A stretch of 27,603 nt of DNA from Candidatus Thorarchaeota archaeon (GTDB lineage: Archaea; Asgardarchaeota; Thorarchaeia; Thorarchaeales; Thorarchaeaceae): assembly GCA_048882045.1 (NCBI GenBank), contig JBHLRZ010000036.1, positions 1 to 27,603 of the forward strand. Reading direction: 5' to 3'. The notes under the pieces were generated by a model. That model was not told the origin of the DNA. It did no database searches and saw only the letters and a list, made by a program, of their open reading frames with translations. Shown here piece after piece: positions 1 to 8,500 of the stretch (positions are counted from its first letter, which is position 1; each line of letters begins with the position of its first letter). The position numbers and the translations under genes are program-made.

Positions 1-35
1 CTCCCAGATTCAACTCTGTTAGACCTCTTGGCCAT
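1..35 (-). CDS. possible 5' end of a gene running off the left edge (MAKRSNRVESG...)
   Basis: Minus-strand ATG at 35 immediately preceded by GGAG, with TTTATA about 20-25 nt upstream. The frame is open to the edge, but only 11 codons are visible. Confidence 0.3.
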   Translation of the reverse strand, partial: MAKRSNRVESG

Positions 36-198
36 CTCCGACTGTCGAAAGAATATAAAGTGAGAAATGTACAAGGTTCAAACGCAAATAACTTGTCTAG
101 AGCTGGGAGGAATAAGTCGATTCAGATGGATGCATGACTTTTAGGTTGATAACATGTGGATTATCGACCATGACGCTCAGACTTGTATAGGAAAACTC

Positions 199-223
199 TG
201 TGGGCGCCGCTATGGCGCTCACA
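199..223 (-). terminator. GC-rich hairpin just downstream of the orphan oppD-like gene
   Basis: Minus strand TGTGAGCGCC-atagc-GGCGCCCACA (10 bp, one mismatch) followed by GAGTTTTCC, 8 nt after the stop at 232. Confidence 0.5.
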
Positions 224-231
224 CCATTTAC

Positions 232-1308
232 TCATTCTTGTGAGATATCTCCCCAACGATGACACCGTATGAAATGGTCTGGCATGACCTCTCGATATTC
301 GGGGACTTTTTCCTTGCAGACATCGATGCAATACTGACACCGAGGATGGAATGCACAGCCACTTGGAACGTCACAGAGGTCGGGAGAGTCTCCAGGTATA
401 CCTCGTAGTCTAGGTTTCTTGCCTTGCTTCATCTGCATCATTGCAATGGTTGGATAGCTTGACATCAATCCCATCGTATAGGGGTGTTGTGGCTCATGGA
501 ATATTCTGACAGCGTTTCCATATTCCACGATTTTTCCTGCATACATGATGGCTACTCGATCGGCCATCTCAGCTATGACTCCTGCATCGTGGCTAATCAA
601 GAGAAGTGATACATCGAATTCGTCTCTGATCATCTTCAAGACATTCATTATCTGTCTCTGTACTGTGACATCGAGTGCTGATGTTGGCTCGTCTGCAATG
701 ACGAGATACGGTCCAGCAATCAAGGCCATCGCAATGAGTATACGTTGACTTTCGCCACCACTGAAACTACTTGGATCCATCACAAATCTCAGTCCCGCAT
801 CAGCCAGTTGCACAAGTCCCAAAAATTCTAGGACTTTCCTTTTGAGTTCAATCAAGCGGATATCTTCTTCGTGGATTTCAACAGGTTCAGCTGTCTGAAA
901 ACCAATACTATGTTGAGGATTCAACGCATGACCCAAACCCTGAGGGATGAGTGAGATCTCTTGACCTCGGATCCTTTGGAGATCCTCTTCACTCATCGAA
1001 GTTATTTCCTCGCCTCTGAAGATAACAGTTCCCTGGACTCCGGCCCTTTCAACAGCACCTTCTTCGAAGGCTTTCCTTAGTGTAGGGTCGTTTGATGCTC
1101 CAGCTGCGAAACGAGCAACCTTCTCAAACAATCCTATAATAGCTAAAGCCATACTGCTCTTTCCTGATCCACTCTCACCAAGGAGACCAGCACACTCCCC
1201 CTCTCTGATCTCTAGTGAAACGTCATCCACTGCTCGAACCAATCCCTTCTTGGAGGGATAGTATGCTCTCAAGTTCTTCAGGATGAGCAATGGATCGCCT
1301 TTGGCCAT
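232..1308 (-). CDS. OppD/DppD-like ABC ATPase with C-terminal oligo_HPY/Cys-rich domain (orphan, no adjacent permease)
   Basis: Walker A GESGSGKS, Q-loop IPQG, signature FSGGESQR, Walker B VIADEPTSALD, switch ISHD, HPYT motif, GCAFHPRC-x6-C...CH tail. Confidence 0.93.
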   Translation of the reverse strand: MAKGDPLLILKNLRAYYPSKKGLVRAVDDVSLEIREGECAGLLGESGSGKSSMALAIIGLFEKVARFAAGASNDPTLRKAFEEGAVERAGVQGTVIFRGEEITSMSEEDLQRIRGQEISLIPQGLGHALNPQHSIGFQTAEPVEIHEEDIRLIELKRKVLEFLGLVQLADAGLRFVMDPSSFSGGESQRILIAMALIAGPYLVIADEPTSALDVTVQRQIMNVLKMIRDEFDVSLLLISHDAGVIAEMADRVAIMYAGKIVEYGNAVRIFHEPQHPYTMGLMSSYPTIAMMQMKQGKKPRLRGIPGDSPDLCDVPSGCAFHPRCQYCIDVCKEKVPEYREVMPDHFIRCHRWGDISQE

Positions 1309-1383
1309 ACTGACACCAACAAGGTGTGTTTCTATTTCACTAATAAAGCGTATTGAAAGAGCACTATTACTCGACGTATTTCT

Positions 1384-2274
1384 CTACCATGCACCTTCTG
1401 TTATCTCAAAGGACCTGAGGACTAGATACATGATACCTGCTGTGAAAACACATATTGCAACGAATCCCAAGAGAAATGCAGGTGCGGAGAGTTCGTTCCA
1501 AAAGACCATTGGTCCATAAATATCAGTGAATGAAGTTGCGCCTGTCAAATCACCAATGAACACGAGGAAATAAGGCATAATGATGAAAAGGGCTAAAGCG
1601 CTGAAAATGTAGAGTGCCCTTTTTCGCCAAACACTACCTGATTCAATTCCTACAGGTTGTTCAACCTCAGATTTTACTTCAATCTCATCATCCAATTTGG
1701 TTGCTTCTCCTACATCTTTCTTTTGCGCCCGTTTTATAAGCCTACTGTCATGATATCGATCAGCCTTATGCTTCCACCATTGTTTGAATCCTTCCCAAGA
1801 AACATCACTAGTACGGTCCAAGAGACTATCCATGATAATGAATGTGATCAGACCAATCATGATTCCCCCCAGAACTCCTGGAAACAGACCAAAGAATCGA
1901 ATAACATTGTGTGCCGCCAATCCGACCCTTAATGCTACAAGTCCTGAAACGAGATTAATTCGATTATTAACAAGACTATTCCTTGTATGAAGATAGTATG
2001 ATCCCGCCATCATTATGAAAAGAAAGAACGAAATTGCATCAATGAGAAACCAGACACCCCACCATTCACTTTGTAACACTCCTCGTACAAATGGATTGTA
2101 TTCGAATTCAGCACCTATAGATCGGAACAGAAAAACTGTGAAAGTTGCATCGATAAAGCCAACTGGTGTGAGTAACAGGACAAGATTTCGAACCCAGGGC
2201 TCATCCAGCCATAATGTAAACATCTGATGAGAAGTCATTGACGATAGTCTACTTGTCTTATCCGTGGTCTGCAT
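1384..2274 (-). CDS. multi-pass membrane protein with DUF5658-like N-terminal region
   Basis: Motif D-A-T-F-T...G-x-E-x-E-Y-N-P followed by about 4 TM helices, a charged loop and 2 more TMs. Start moved from TTG 2328 to ATG 2274 because a GAGGTG RBS lies at 2289-2284. Confidence 0.7.
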   Translation of the reverse strand: MQTTDKTSRLSSMTSHQMFTLWLDEPWVRNLVLLLTPVGFIDATFTVFLFRSIGAEFEYNPFVRGVLQSEWWGVWFLIDAISFFLFIMMAGSYYLHTRNSLVNNRINLVSGLVALRVGLAAHNVIRFFGLFPGVLGGIMIGLITFIIMDSLLDRTSDVSWEGFKQWWKHKADRYHDSRLIKRAQKKDVGEATKLDDEIEVKSEVEQPVGIESGSVWRKRALYIFSALALFIIMPYFLVFIGDLTGATSFTDIYGPMVFWNELSAPAFLLGFVAICVFTAGIMYLVLRSFEITEGAW

Positions 2275-2344
2275 TGCTGAAAGCACCTCGGGAGAAATCC
2301 CTAATATTCGTGCTATAAGATTTTCCAACTAGGCCAAGAATTGC

Positions 2345-2383
2345 GAAAAATAAGAAGAGAGACCGAGGAAAAAACCTCGGTCT
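2345..2383 (-). terminator. intrinsic-terminator-like hairpin after oppA
   Basis: Perfect 9-bp inverted repeat AGACCGAGG-N6-CCTCGGTCT (2360-2383) followed on the minus strand by CTCTTCTTATTTTTC. Confidence 0.7.
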
Positions 2384-2418
2384 GTATTATTCTATAGTGT
2401 CACTTACTATCACTTACT

Positions 2419-4296
2419 TCAAGCTGTCTTGTAGTAGTGATAGAAGTATGGTTGATGCATTGGGTTGTATGCCCAGTATCCGAACATGTTGGACCTTTCT
2501 ACGTGGAAGTTCGCACCCTGGTAACCCCAGAGATAGGCGCATTGATCTACAATTGCTGCCTGAATGTTCTCGTAGAGTGTGATTCTTTCAGCATTGTCTT
2601 GTGACTGAGCTGCATCATCAATCCAACCATCTACTGTTGCGTCATCCCATAGAACTCCACCTTCACCATAAGAACCAACTAGACCAACCCTGTTCGGGAA
2701 GGTTCCAGTACTCTTGACGAATGGTGCTGCGTAGTTGTCGGGATCTGCATAGTCAGGAGCCCAACCGAGCCAGAAGATCGGAAGTTGCTTGTTCCTGACC
2801 TGGAACAGATAGCTGGCCCATTCAAGACCATATACGTCGATTGTAAGTGGTGATGATGGGTCTGTAGAAGCTGGATCGGCAATGATGTTCTCAATCGCCT
2901 GCTTCACCAGAAGACCTGCTGCCTCACGAGCGGTGTTACCCTCGTTGTAGTAGATGTTCAGCTCGTATGAGTTGTTCGCCCATACAGCATCTAGTCCTGC
3001 AGCCATAGCCAAGTTCCACTCAGCGACAGCCTCAGTCATGTCCTGTGAGAACATGAATAGATCGTCGTCATGAGCAAACATTCCCTGTGGAATCGGACCT
3101 TGTAGTTGTACACCCAATCCATTCAAGACGTTGTCTATGAGTGCGTCATAGTCGAACGCCCAAGAAATGGCCTTTCTTAGGTTGAAGCTCGTGAATGGAC
3201 TCTGTCTGAACTCGTTTGACACGTTCAGGTATGGATTCATGTTGAATCCAAGGAACATAACTGAGAAAGTTGGTGTGCCTGCCCAGACCTTGAGGTCAGG
3301 GTTGATGCTCTGGAGTGTACCGTCACCAATGGTGGTTACGTTGTTCCAGACGTCATAGGCATGTGTCGCTGGCCAGTAACAAGCATCTGTGGTTCCAGCC
3401 TGAATGTTCAAGATTCTGCTGTTTACATCAGCGTTCTTCTTGATTGTAACATCAGTGATAGAACCATAGAATGGATTAATGGCCTTTGCGGCTGACTCTC
3501 TCCAGTAGTCGTCGTTTCTTGTCAGTTCGATTCTGTCATCCTGGACCCATTGAACCAGTTTGTATGGACCAGTTCCAATGCCTTCCTCATTCAAGGTTGT
3601 ATCTTCACTCTCTGGTGACATACCTCCATGCTGCATGAACCAAGTTGGGCTTATCATAGCACCAACCTCATAGGTCAAAGCTGCAATGAATGGTGTGAAT
3701 GGATAGGCTAAGTGGATTTCGACTTCGAACTCACTGTTAACAACAACTGCACTTACATTCTCCTGCCAGTTTGCCCAAGCAGCGATGTGCTCAGGACTAC
3801 CATCTCCGTAGGTGTAGACAGCATCCTCTACAGCTGCGCCGCCTAGGATTGGTTCGGCAATCATCCATACTGGACCCCAACCGTCATCCCAGCCACGTCC
3901 TAGCATTCGCCAGACGTTATCCCGGACACAGGATGCGTTGAATTCGGTGCCATCATGGAATGTGACGCCTTGTCGGAGTGTGAATGTGTAGGTCAAACCA
4001 TCTGCTGAAATTGCTACGCTTTCGGCGAGCAACGGTTCAGTAGGTTCTGTATTTGCAGAGTCCCAAGGATACGTGAACAACGTTTCATAGATGTTGTAAT
4101 GTATCCATGAACCAGCTGACTCGTAATTCTTGTGTGGATCCATGTACTCTGGAAGAGCAATTGTTTCCCATATTATGGATTGATCTTCGGCGAGTACAAC
4201 GCCTGGTGGTGCTAGAAAAATGTATGCTCCAGCAGCACCAATCACCACGACGATTACGACAACAGCTATTAATTGATTTCTCTCCATGTCATTCAT
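2419..4296 (-). CDS. oppA: oligopeptide/dipeptide ABC transporter substrate-binding protein (SBP family 5)
   Basis: IYETL...PLLAES...SADGLTYTFTLRQGVTFHDG, GTGPYKL, LRKAISWAFDYD, GWAPDYADPD. N-terminal TM anchor without a lipobox and five N-x-S/T sequons (NAS, NVS, NVT, NVS, NNS). Confidence 0.95.
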   Translation of the reverse strand: MNDMERNQLIAVVVIVVVIGAAGAYIFLAPPGVVLAEDQSIIWETIALPEYMDPHKNYESAGSWIHYNIYETLFTYPWDSANTEPTEPLLAESVAISADGLTYTFTLRQGVTFHDGTEFNASCVRDNVWRMLGRGWDDGWGPVWMIAEPILGGAAVEDAVYTYGDGSPEHIAAWANWQENVSAVVVNSEFEVEIHLAYPFTPFIAALTYEVGAMISPTWFMQHGGMSPESEDTTLNEEGIGTGPYKLVQWVQDDRIELTRNDDYWRESAAKAINPFYGSITDVTIKKNADVNSRILNIQAGTTDACYWPATHAYDVWNNVTTIGDGTLQSINPDLKVWAGTPTFSVMFLGFNMNPYLNVSNEFRQSPFTSFNLRKAISWAFDYDALIDNVLNGLGVQLQGPIPQGMFAHDDDLFMFSQDMTEAVAEWNLAMAAGLDAVWANNSYELNIYYNEGNTAREAAGLLVKQAIENIIADPASTDPSSPLTIDVYGLEWASYLFQVRNKQLPIFWLGWAPDYADPDNYAAPFVKSTGTFPNRVGLVGSYGEGGVLWDDATVDGWIDDAAQSQDNAERITLYENIQAAIVDQCAYLWGYQGANFHVERSNMFGYWAYNPMHQPYFYHYYKTA

Positions 4297-4476
4297 CTCG
4301 TGTTTTCAAGTTGCGCTTGAACGATCCAAAGAATAGATCGTAACAACAAACTAGGCTTCAAGAAAATTAGCTATTTTCAAACAGCCCAGAATCGCTATTA
4401 TTCCTCTCCCATGAATCTGAGACTAATATAGCTTACGTATTGACTTGGTTGTCATATTTTGAGCTGTTAACAACCA

Positions 4477-4488
4477 AAAGCTTAAGTA
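4477..4488 (+). promoter_or_regulatory. candidate archaeal BRE/TATA promoter for oppBCDF
   Basis: Purine run AAAAG followed by CTTAAGTA about 80 nt upstream of the oppB ATG, with a GAGGA RBS before the start. Confidence 0.4.
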
Positions 4489-4566
4489 TCGAACACAATC
4501 CGCAGGACTAAGATTCCGAAAGTAGATTCCTATGCATCTAGATTTGACAAAACCGAGGATTCCATA

Positions 4567-5601
4567 ATGAGACTCAGAGATTTTATCCTTCGAAGGATTA
4601 TATTAGCCATTCCAGTTGTCTTTGGTGTTTTGACAATAACATGGTTCCTCTCGTATATAGTTGGTGACCCCTTAGCTATGTATGTGACTGAGAGAACCCC
4701 TGATTCTGCAATCCCGGGTATTATTCGTGCCCGTGGTTTGGATCAACCTCCAGTGGTTCAATATTTCTTATATTTGTCCAGTCTGTTTCAAGGTGATTGG
4801 GGTGTTAGCACATCCACAGGTGCCGACCAACCAGTTCTGAGTGTTCTAGCTAGATTGTTCCCTGCCACAATTGAGTTGTCAATCGTTGCAATGATATTCG
4901 CTATAGTACTTGGAATCCCACTAGGAATCATATCAGCAACAAAGAAGGATAAGGCTGCTGATCACGTAACTCGAGTATTCGCACTCACAGGTGTTTCGAT
5001 GCCAATCTTCTGGTTTGGATTGATGCTCAAGTACATCTTCTTCTATCAGTTTTCTGTATGGGACTTGCCGTACCTCCCAGGTGGAGATAGATACAACATA
5101 CGGAGGTTCGATTATCAACCCACTACAGGATTCCTTTTGATCGATTCACTGGTCTTTGAACAAAATCCATACTTGTTTACTGATGCTTTAGTCCACCTAA
5201 TAATGCCTGGATTTTGTTTAGGCTATATCACTTTAGCCATTATCACTAGGATGATGCGCTCTAGTATGTTGGAAGTAATCAAAGAAGATTATATCACACT
5301 AGCAAAATCAAAAGGACTCTCAGAGAGGATCGTAATCTATAGGCACGCATTGAGGAATGCATTGATTCCAACCGTAACAGTGATCGGTCTTGCGTTTGGC
5401 GGTCTCATAACTGGAGCTGTGCTGACAGAAACAATCTTCAACTGGCCAGGGTTGGGTCGCTGGGCTGTGGGTTCAATTCTCAACTCAGATCTAGCTGCAA
5501 TTAACGGATTCACCCTGCTGGTCGCTTTCATATTCGTAACTGCGAATTTCGTTGTTGATATGATATATGGAGTGCTAGATCCACGAATACGGTTTGGCTG
5601 A
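4567..5601 (+). CDS. oppB: oligopeptide ABC transporter permease B subunit
   Basis: FILRRIIL...GDP, GLDQP..VQY, PATIELS, EAA-loop region RSSMLEVIKEDYITLAKSKGL, ETIFNWPGLG, LDPRI. Confidence 0.95.
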   Translation: MRLRDFILRRIILAIPVVFGVLTITWFLSYIVGDPLAMYVTERTPDSAIPGIIRARGLDQPPVVQYFLYLSSLFQGDWGVSTSTGADQPVLSVLARLFPATIELSIVAMIFAIVLGIPLGIISATKKDKAADHVTRVFALTGVSMPIFWFGLMLKYIFFYQFSVWDLPYLPGGDRYNIRRFDYQPTTGFLLIDSLVFEQNPYLFTDALVHLIMPGFCLGYITLAIITRMMRSSMLEVIKEDYITLAKSKGLSERIVIYRHALRNALIPTVTVIGLAFGGLITGAVLTETIFNWPGLGRWAVGSILNSDLAAINGFTLLVAFIFVTANFVVDMIYGVLDPRIRFG

Positions 5602-5618
5602 TTGGATGGTGTCGAGAA

Positions 5619-7328
5619 ATGGAAACAAAAACTCAAATTGAAAATGGCAACGGAACTACAATCAAATTCCTAAGTATTGTTCAGATCATCTTTGTAATGG
5701 CCAATCTTCTATTTGGTGGACTCGTCGTCTTTGGAAGCTTTGCTTACACAATCCAGGGATGGCTAGGAGTAGACATCATGCCTCCAGCATTCCTTGGTGC
5801 TTGGATGATACAGAGTCTCATAATACTTGTTTTCTCTGTTTTTCTTCTAAGAGCCAATCAAGGAGTCATGGAACAACTACCTGATGCATTTGGAACCTCC
5901 TTCTATTTGTATATCATCTTGTCAGTAGTATATGCAACTATGGGTACAATAGGACTAATATTCCTCATCGGAATAGCATTTCAGCTGCTTCTATTGTTCT
6001 TGCCGGGTGTCAGATATTACTGGTTAGAAGAGTTTGTCGAAGATACCAAACCTCGAGTCAAGGAAACTCGTTTCACATTACACCTCATTCGGAGGAGTCC
6101 ACTGGTTGTGGTTGGTATCGCTATCATCGTATTCATGTGCGGAGTTGCTATCACCGCTCCTTGGACTACAACTTATGGTGGAACTGACATGGTGTTTGCA
6201 GATGCTAGACTTCCACCTGGTGCAGCAAGTCATGATATCAAACAAAACTATGAATATATGCTTGAGGATGTTCACCTTGATCCTCTAATCATGCCTGATG
6301 ATTATGCTGCAGAGGTTGAGATAACTGATTCCTATCTAGAAACGATTGAAATACCGAACTTATTCATTGGAGTGTCAGATTTAAACACAGGTTCTGATGC
6401 TGTGTCTGTCAATATTACCTTCAGAATCTATAGTCTCACACTCAATGAATATAACGCGTTGACTGAGTCTGAGCGTCTCTCTTACCTATATGCAAATAGA
6501 TCAGTTGTTGATGATAATCTCTTATCGTATATCCCACTCCCTAATGAAGAAGGTGTATATGTTTGGGAGCTTCAATTCTCTGCGCCGTATAAGAACAGTG
6601 TATGGTCTGCAAATACGCGCGTTGTCATATCATACTTCAGCATCTATCCCATTCACATTTGGGGGACTGACAACTATGGTGGTGACATATATAGCAGGAT
6701 AATTTGGGGCTCACAGGAAGACCTGAGAATAGCTCTTAGTGTCGTTCTAGTCGCAGTATCTTTAGGTGCTGTTATTGGTGCTGCCTCAGGGTATTTTGGT
6801 GGAAAACTGGATGAACTAGTTATGCGTGTCACTGACATCTTTTTTGCATTCCCAGGTCTTGTGTTGGCAATGGCAATTGTAATGGCAATTGGTGTACGAA
6901 GCTTAAGCACGATTAGCATTGCACTCATGATCACTTGGTGGCCTACATATGCTCGACTTGTGAGAGGACAAGTTCTTTCAGAACGTGAAAAGCTGTATAT
7001 TGAAGCTGCAAGATCGTCTGGTGCTAGTGACACCCGAATTCTGTTCAGTCACATACTCCCCAACACGATACAGCCAGTCATTGTTCAGGCCACAATGGAC
7101 ATTGGGTCAGTATTACTGGTTGCTGCCGGTCTGGCCTTCATTGGGTTCGGACCTCCAATTGGAACTGCTGAGTGGGGAATGATGATTGCGAGAGGGCAAG
7201 AATTCATTCTCAGCGCACCTTGGATGACACTCTATCCAGGATTAGCGATTCTCGTAACAGCTCTTGCATTCAATCTTGTTGGCGATGGAATTAGGGACAT
7301 CATGGACCCGAAGTTGAGACGGAGATGA
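5619..7328 (+). CDS. oppC: oligopeptide ABC transporter permease C subunit with N-terminal TM extension and large extracellular insertion
   Basis: HIWGTDNYGGDIYSRIIWG, YIEAARSSGAS..RILFSHILPN, AFNLVGDGIRDIMDPK. At 569 aa it is about twice the length of a minimal OppC. Confidence 0.93.
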   Translation: METKTQIENGNGTTIKFLSIVQIIFVMANLLFGGLVVFGSFAYTIQGWLGVDIMPPAFLGAWMIQSLIILVFSVFLLRANQGVMEQLPDAFGTSFYLYIILSVVYATMGTIGLIFLIGIAFQLLLLFLPGVRYYWLEEFVEDTKPRVKETRFTLHLIRRSPLVVVGIAIIVFMCGVAITAPWTTTYGGTDMVFADARLPPGAASHDIKQNYEYMLEDVHLDPLIMPDDYAAEVEITDSYLETIEIPNLFIGVSDLNTGSDAVSVNITFRIYSLTLNEYNALTESERLSYLYANRSVVDDNLLSYIPLPNEEGVYVWELQFSAPYKNSVWSANTRVVISYFSIYPIHIWGTDNYGGDIYSRIIWGSQEDLRIALSVVLVAVSLGAVIGAASGYFGGKLDELVMRVTDIFFAFPGLVLAMAIVMAIGVRSLSTISIALMITWWPTYARLVRGQVLSEREKLYIEAARSSGASDTRILFSHILPNTIQPVIVQATMDIGSVLLVAAGLAFIGFGPPIGTAEWGMMIARGQEFILSAPWMTLYPGLAILVTALAFNLVGDGIRDIMDPKLRRR

Positions 7329-7332
7329 TACA

Positions 7333-8499
7333 ATGGCTATCGATGAACTAGTAATGCATGTAAAGGACCTATATGTCAACTTCTACACCTATGAGGGTGT
7401 GGTGAGGGCACTCGACGGCGTGGAGATGTTCCTTCGACGTGGTGACACAATGGGTGTGGTGGGCGAGACTGGTTGTGGCAAGAGTGTCACAGCCAAGTCG
7501 ATCCTCCGACTCGTTGAGGCACCAGGCAAGATCGAGAGTGGGCAAATCATCTTCTACGATCAAGACTTCAGAACAAAGGAAACAGAAGAATTGGACCTAG
7601 TGAAGCTTCAATCTGAAGAGATGCTTGAGATACGAGGAAACAAGATTTCAATTGTATTCCAAGACCCTGCAACCTATCCCAATCCTGTCTTTCGAATTGG
7701 AGATCAGATTGCAGAAGTAATCGAACTTCATCAGGATCTCACCAAAGATGTCCTTTATATGAAGATTGCAAAACTGGAGTTTACTCTTTCTCATGACACC
7801 TCTAATGAAGACAGAGCTGAGATTGAGAAAAAGATTGCATATTATCGTGACCAGCTCGACGACCCTCCTGAGCCAGATAAGAAATCACTCAAAGAAGCAG
7901 CCAAGCTGAAGGCTATAGAGATGCTTCGATTGGTACGGATGCCGGCTCCTGAGCAAGTTGTGAACCAGTATCCACATGAACTGTCAGGTGGTATGCGACA
8001 GAGAGCTCTTATAGCTATGTCATTAGCCTGCAATCCAAGTATCTTGATTTGTGATGAGGCAACCACAGCTTTGGATGTTACGGTGCAAGCCCAGGTTCTG
8101 AAGTTGCTCAATCAGTTGAAGGAGGAAATTGGCACCTCGATTATTGTCATAACTCACGATATGGGTGTTGTTGCAGAAACCTGTAACTGGGTCAATGTGA
8201 TGTATGCTGGTACAACTGTCGAATCATGTGCCACTAATCGGTTGTTTGCAAAACCACTTCATCCTTACACAGATGGTCTACTTACTGCAGTACCCAAACT
8301 CCATGAAGAGAAGGAACGACTGCCGCAGATTCGGGGTTCAGTTCCGAATCTCATTACGCCTCCAACAGGATGTCGTTTTCATCCAAGATGCGATTACGCG
8401 ACTGATATTTGCAAACAGGAGAAACCACTTCTCAGAGAACTTGATCCCGGACATTGGGTTGCTTGTCATAACCCATTGAACAGCAAGGGAGGTTCATAG
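7333..8499 (+). CDS. oppD: oligopeptide ABC transporter ATP-binding protein
   Basis: GETGCGKS, YPHELSGGMRQR, ICDEATTALD, ITHD, HPYT, GCRFHPRC tail. Confidence 0.95.
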   Translation: MAIDELVMHVKDLYVNFYTYEGVVRALDGVEMFLRRGDTMGVVGETGCGKSVTAKSILRLVEAPGKIESGQIIFYDQDFRTKETEELDLVKLQSEEMLEIRGNKISIVFQDPATYPNPVFRIGDQIAEVIELHQDLTKDVLYMKIAKLEFTLSHDTSNEDRAEIEKKIAYYRDQLDDPPEPDKKSLKEAAKLKAIEMLRLVRMPAPEQVVNQYPHELSGGMRQRALIAMSLACNPSILICDEATTALDVTVQAQVLKLLNQLKEEIGTSIIVITHDMGVVAETCNWVNVMYAGTTVESCATNRLFAKPLHPYTDGLLTAVPKLHEEKERLPQIRGSVPNLITPPTGCRFHPRCDYATDICKQEKPLLRELDPGHWVACHNPLNSKGGS

Positions 8500-8500
8500 A

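Noticed and set aside
132-176. SECIS-like look (ATGA...AA...TGA around a stem)
   Set aside because: The helix arms are asymmetric (about 12 vs 8 nt), the outer helix is negligible, and no gene in the window has a credible in-frame Sec TGA.
2275-2328. TTG-initiated N-terminal extension of the DUF5658-like ORF
   Set aside because: The segment contains a TATA-like element and a GAGGTG RBS pointing to ATG 2274.
2400-2418. TCACTTACT tandem duplication after the oppA stop
   Set aside because: Only two 9-nt copies with no spacers; not a CRISPR array or a meaningful repeat.
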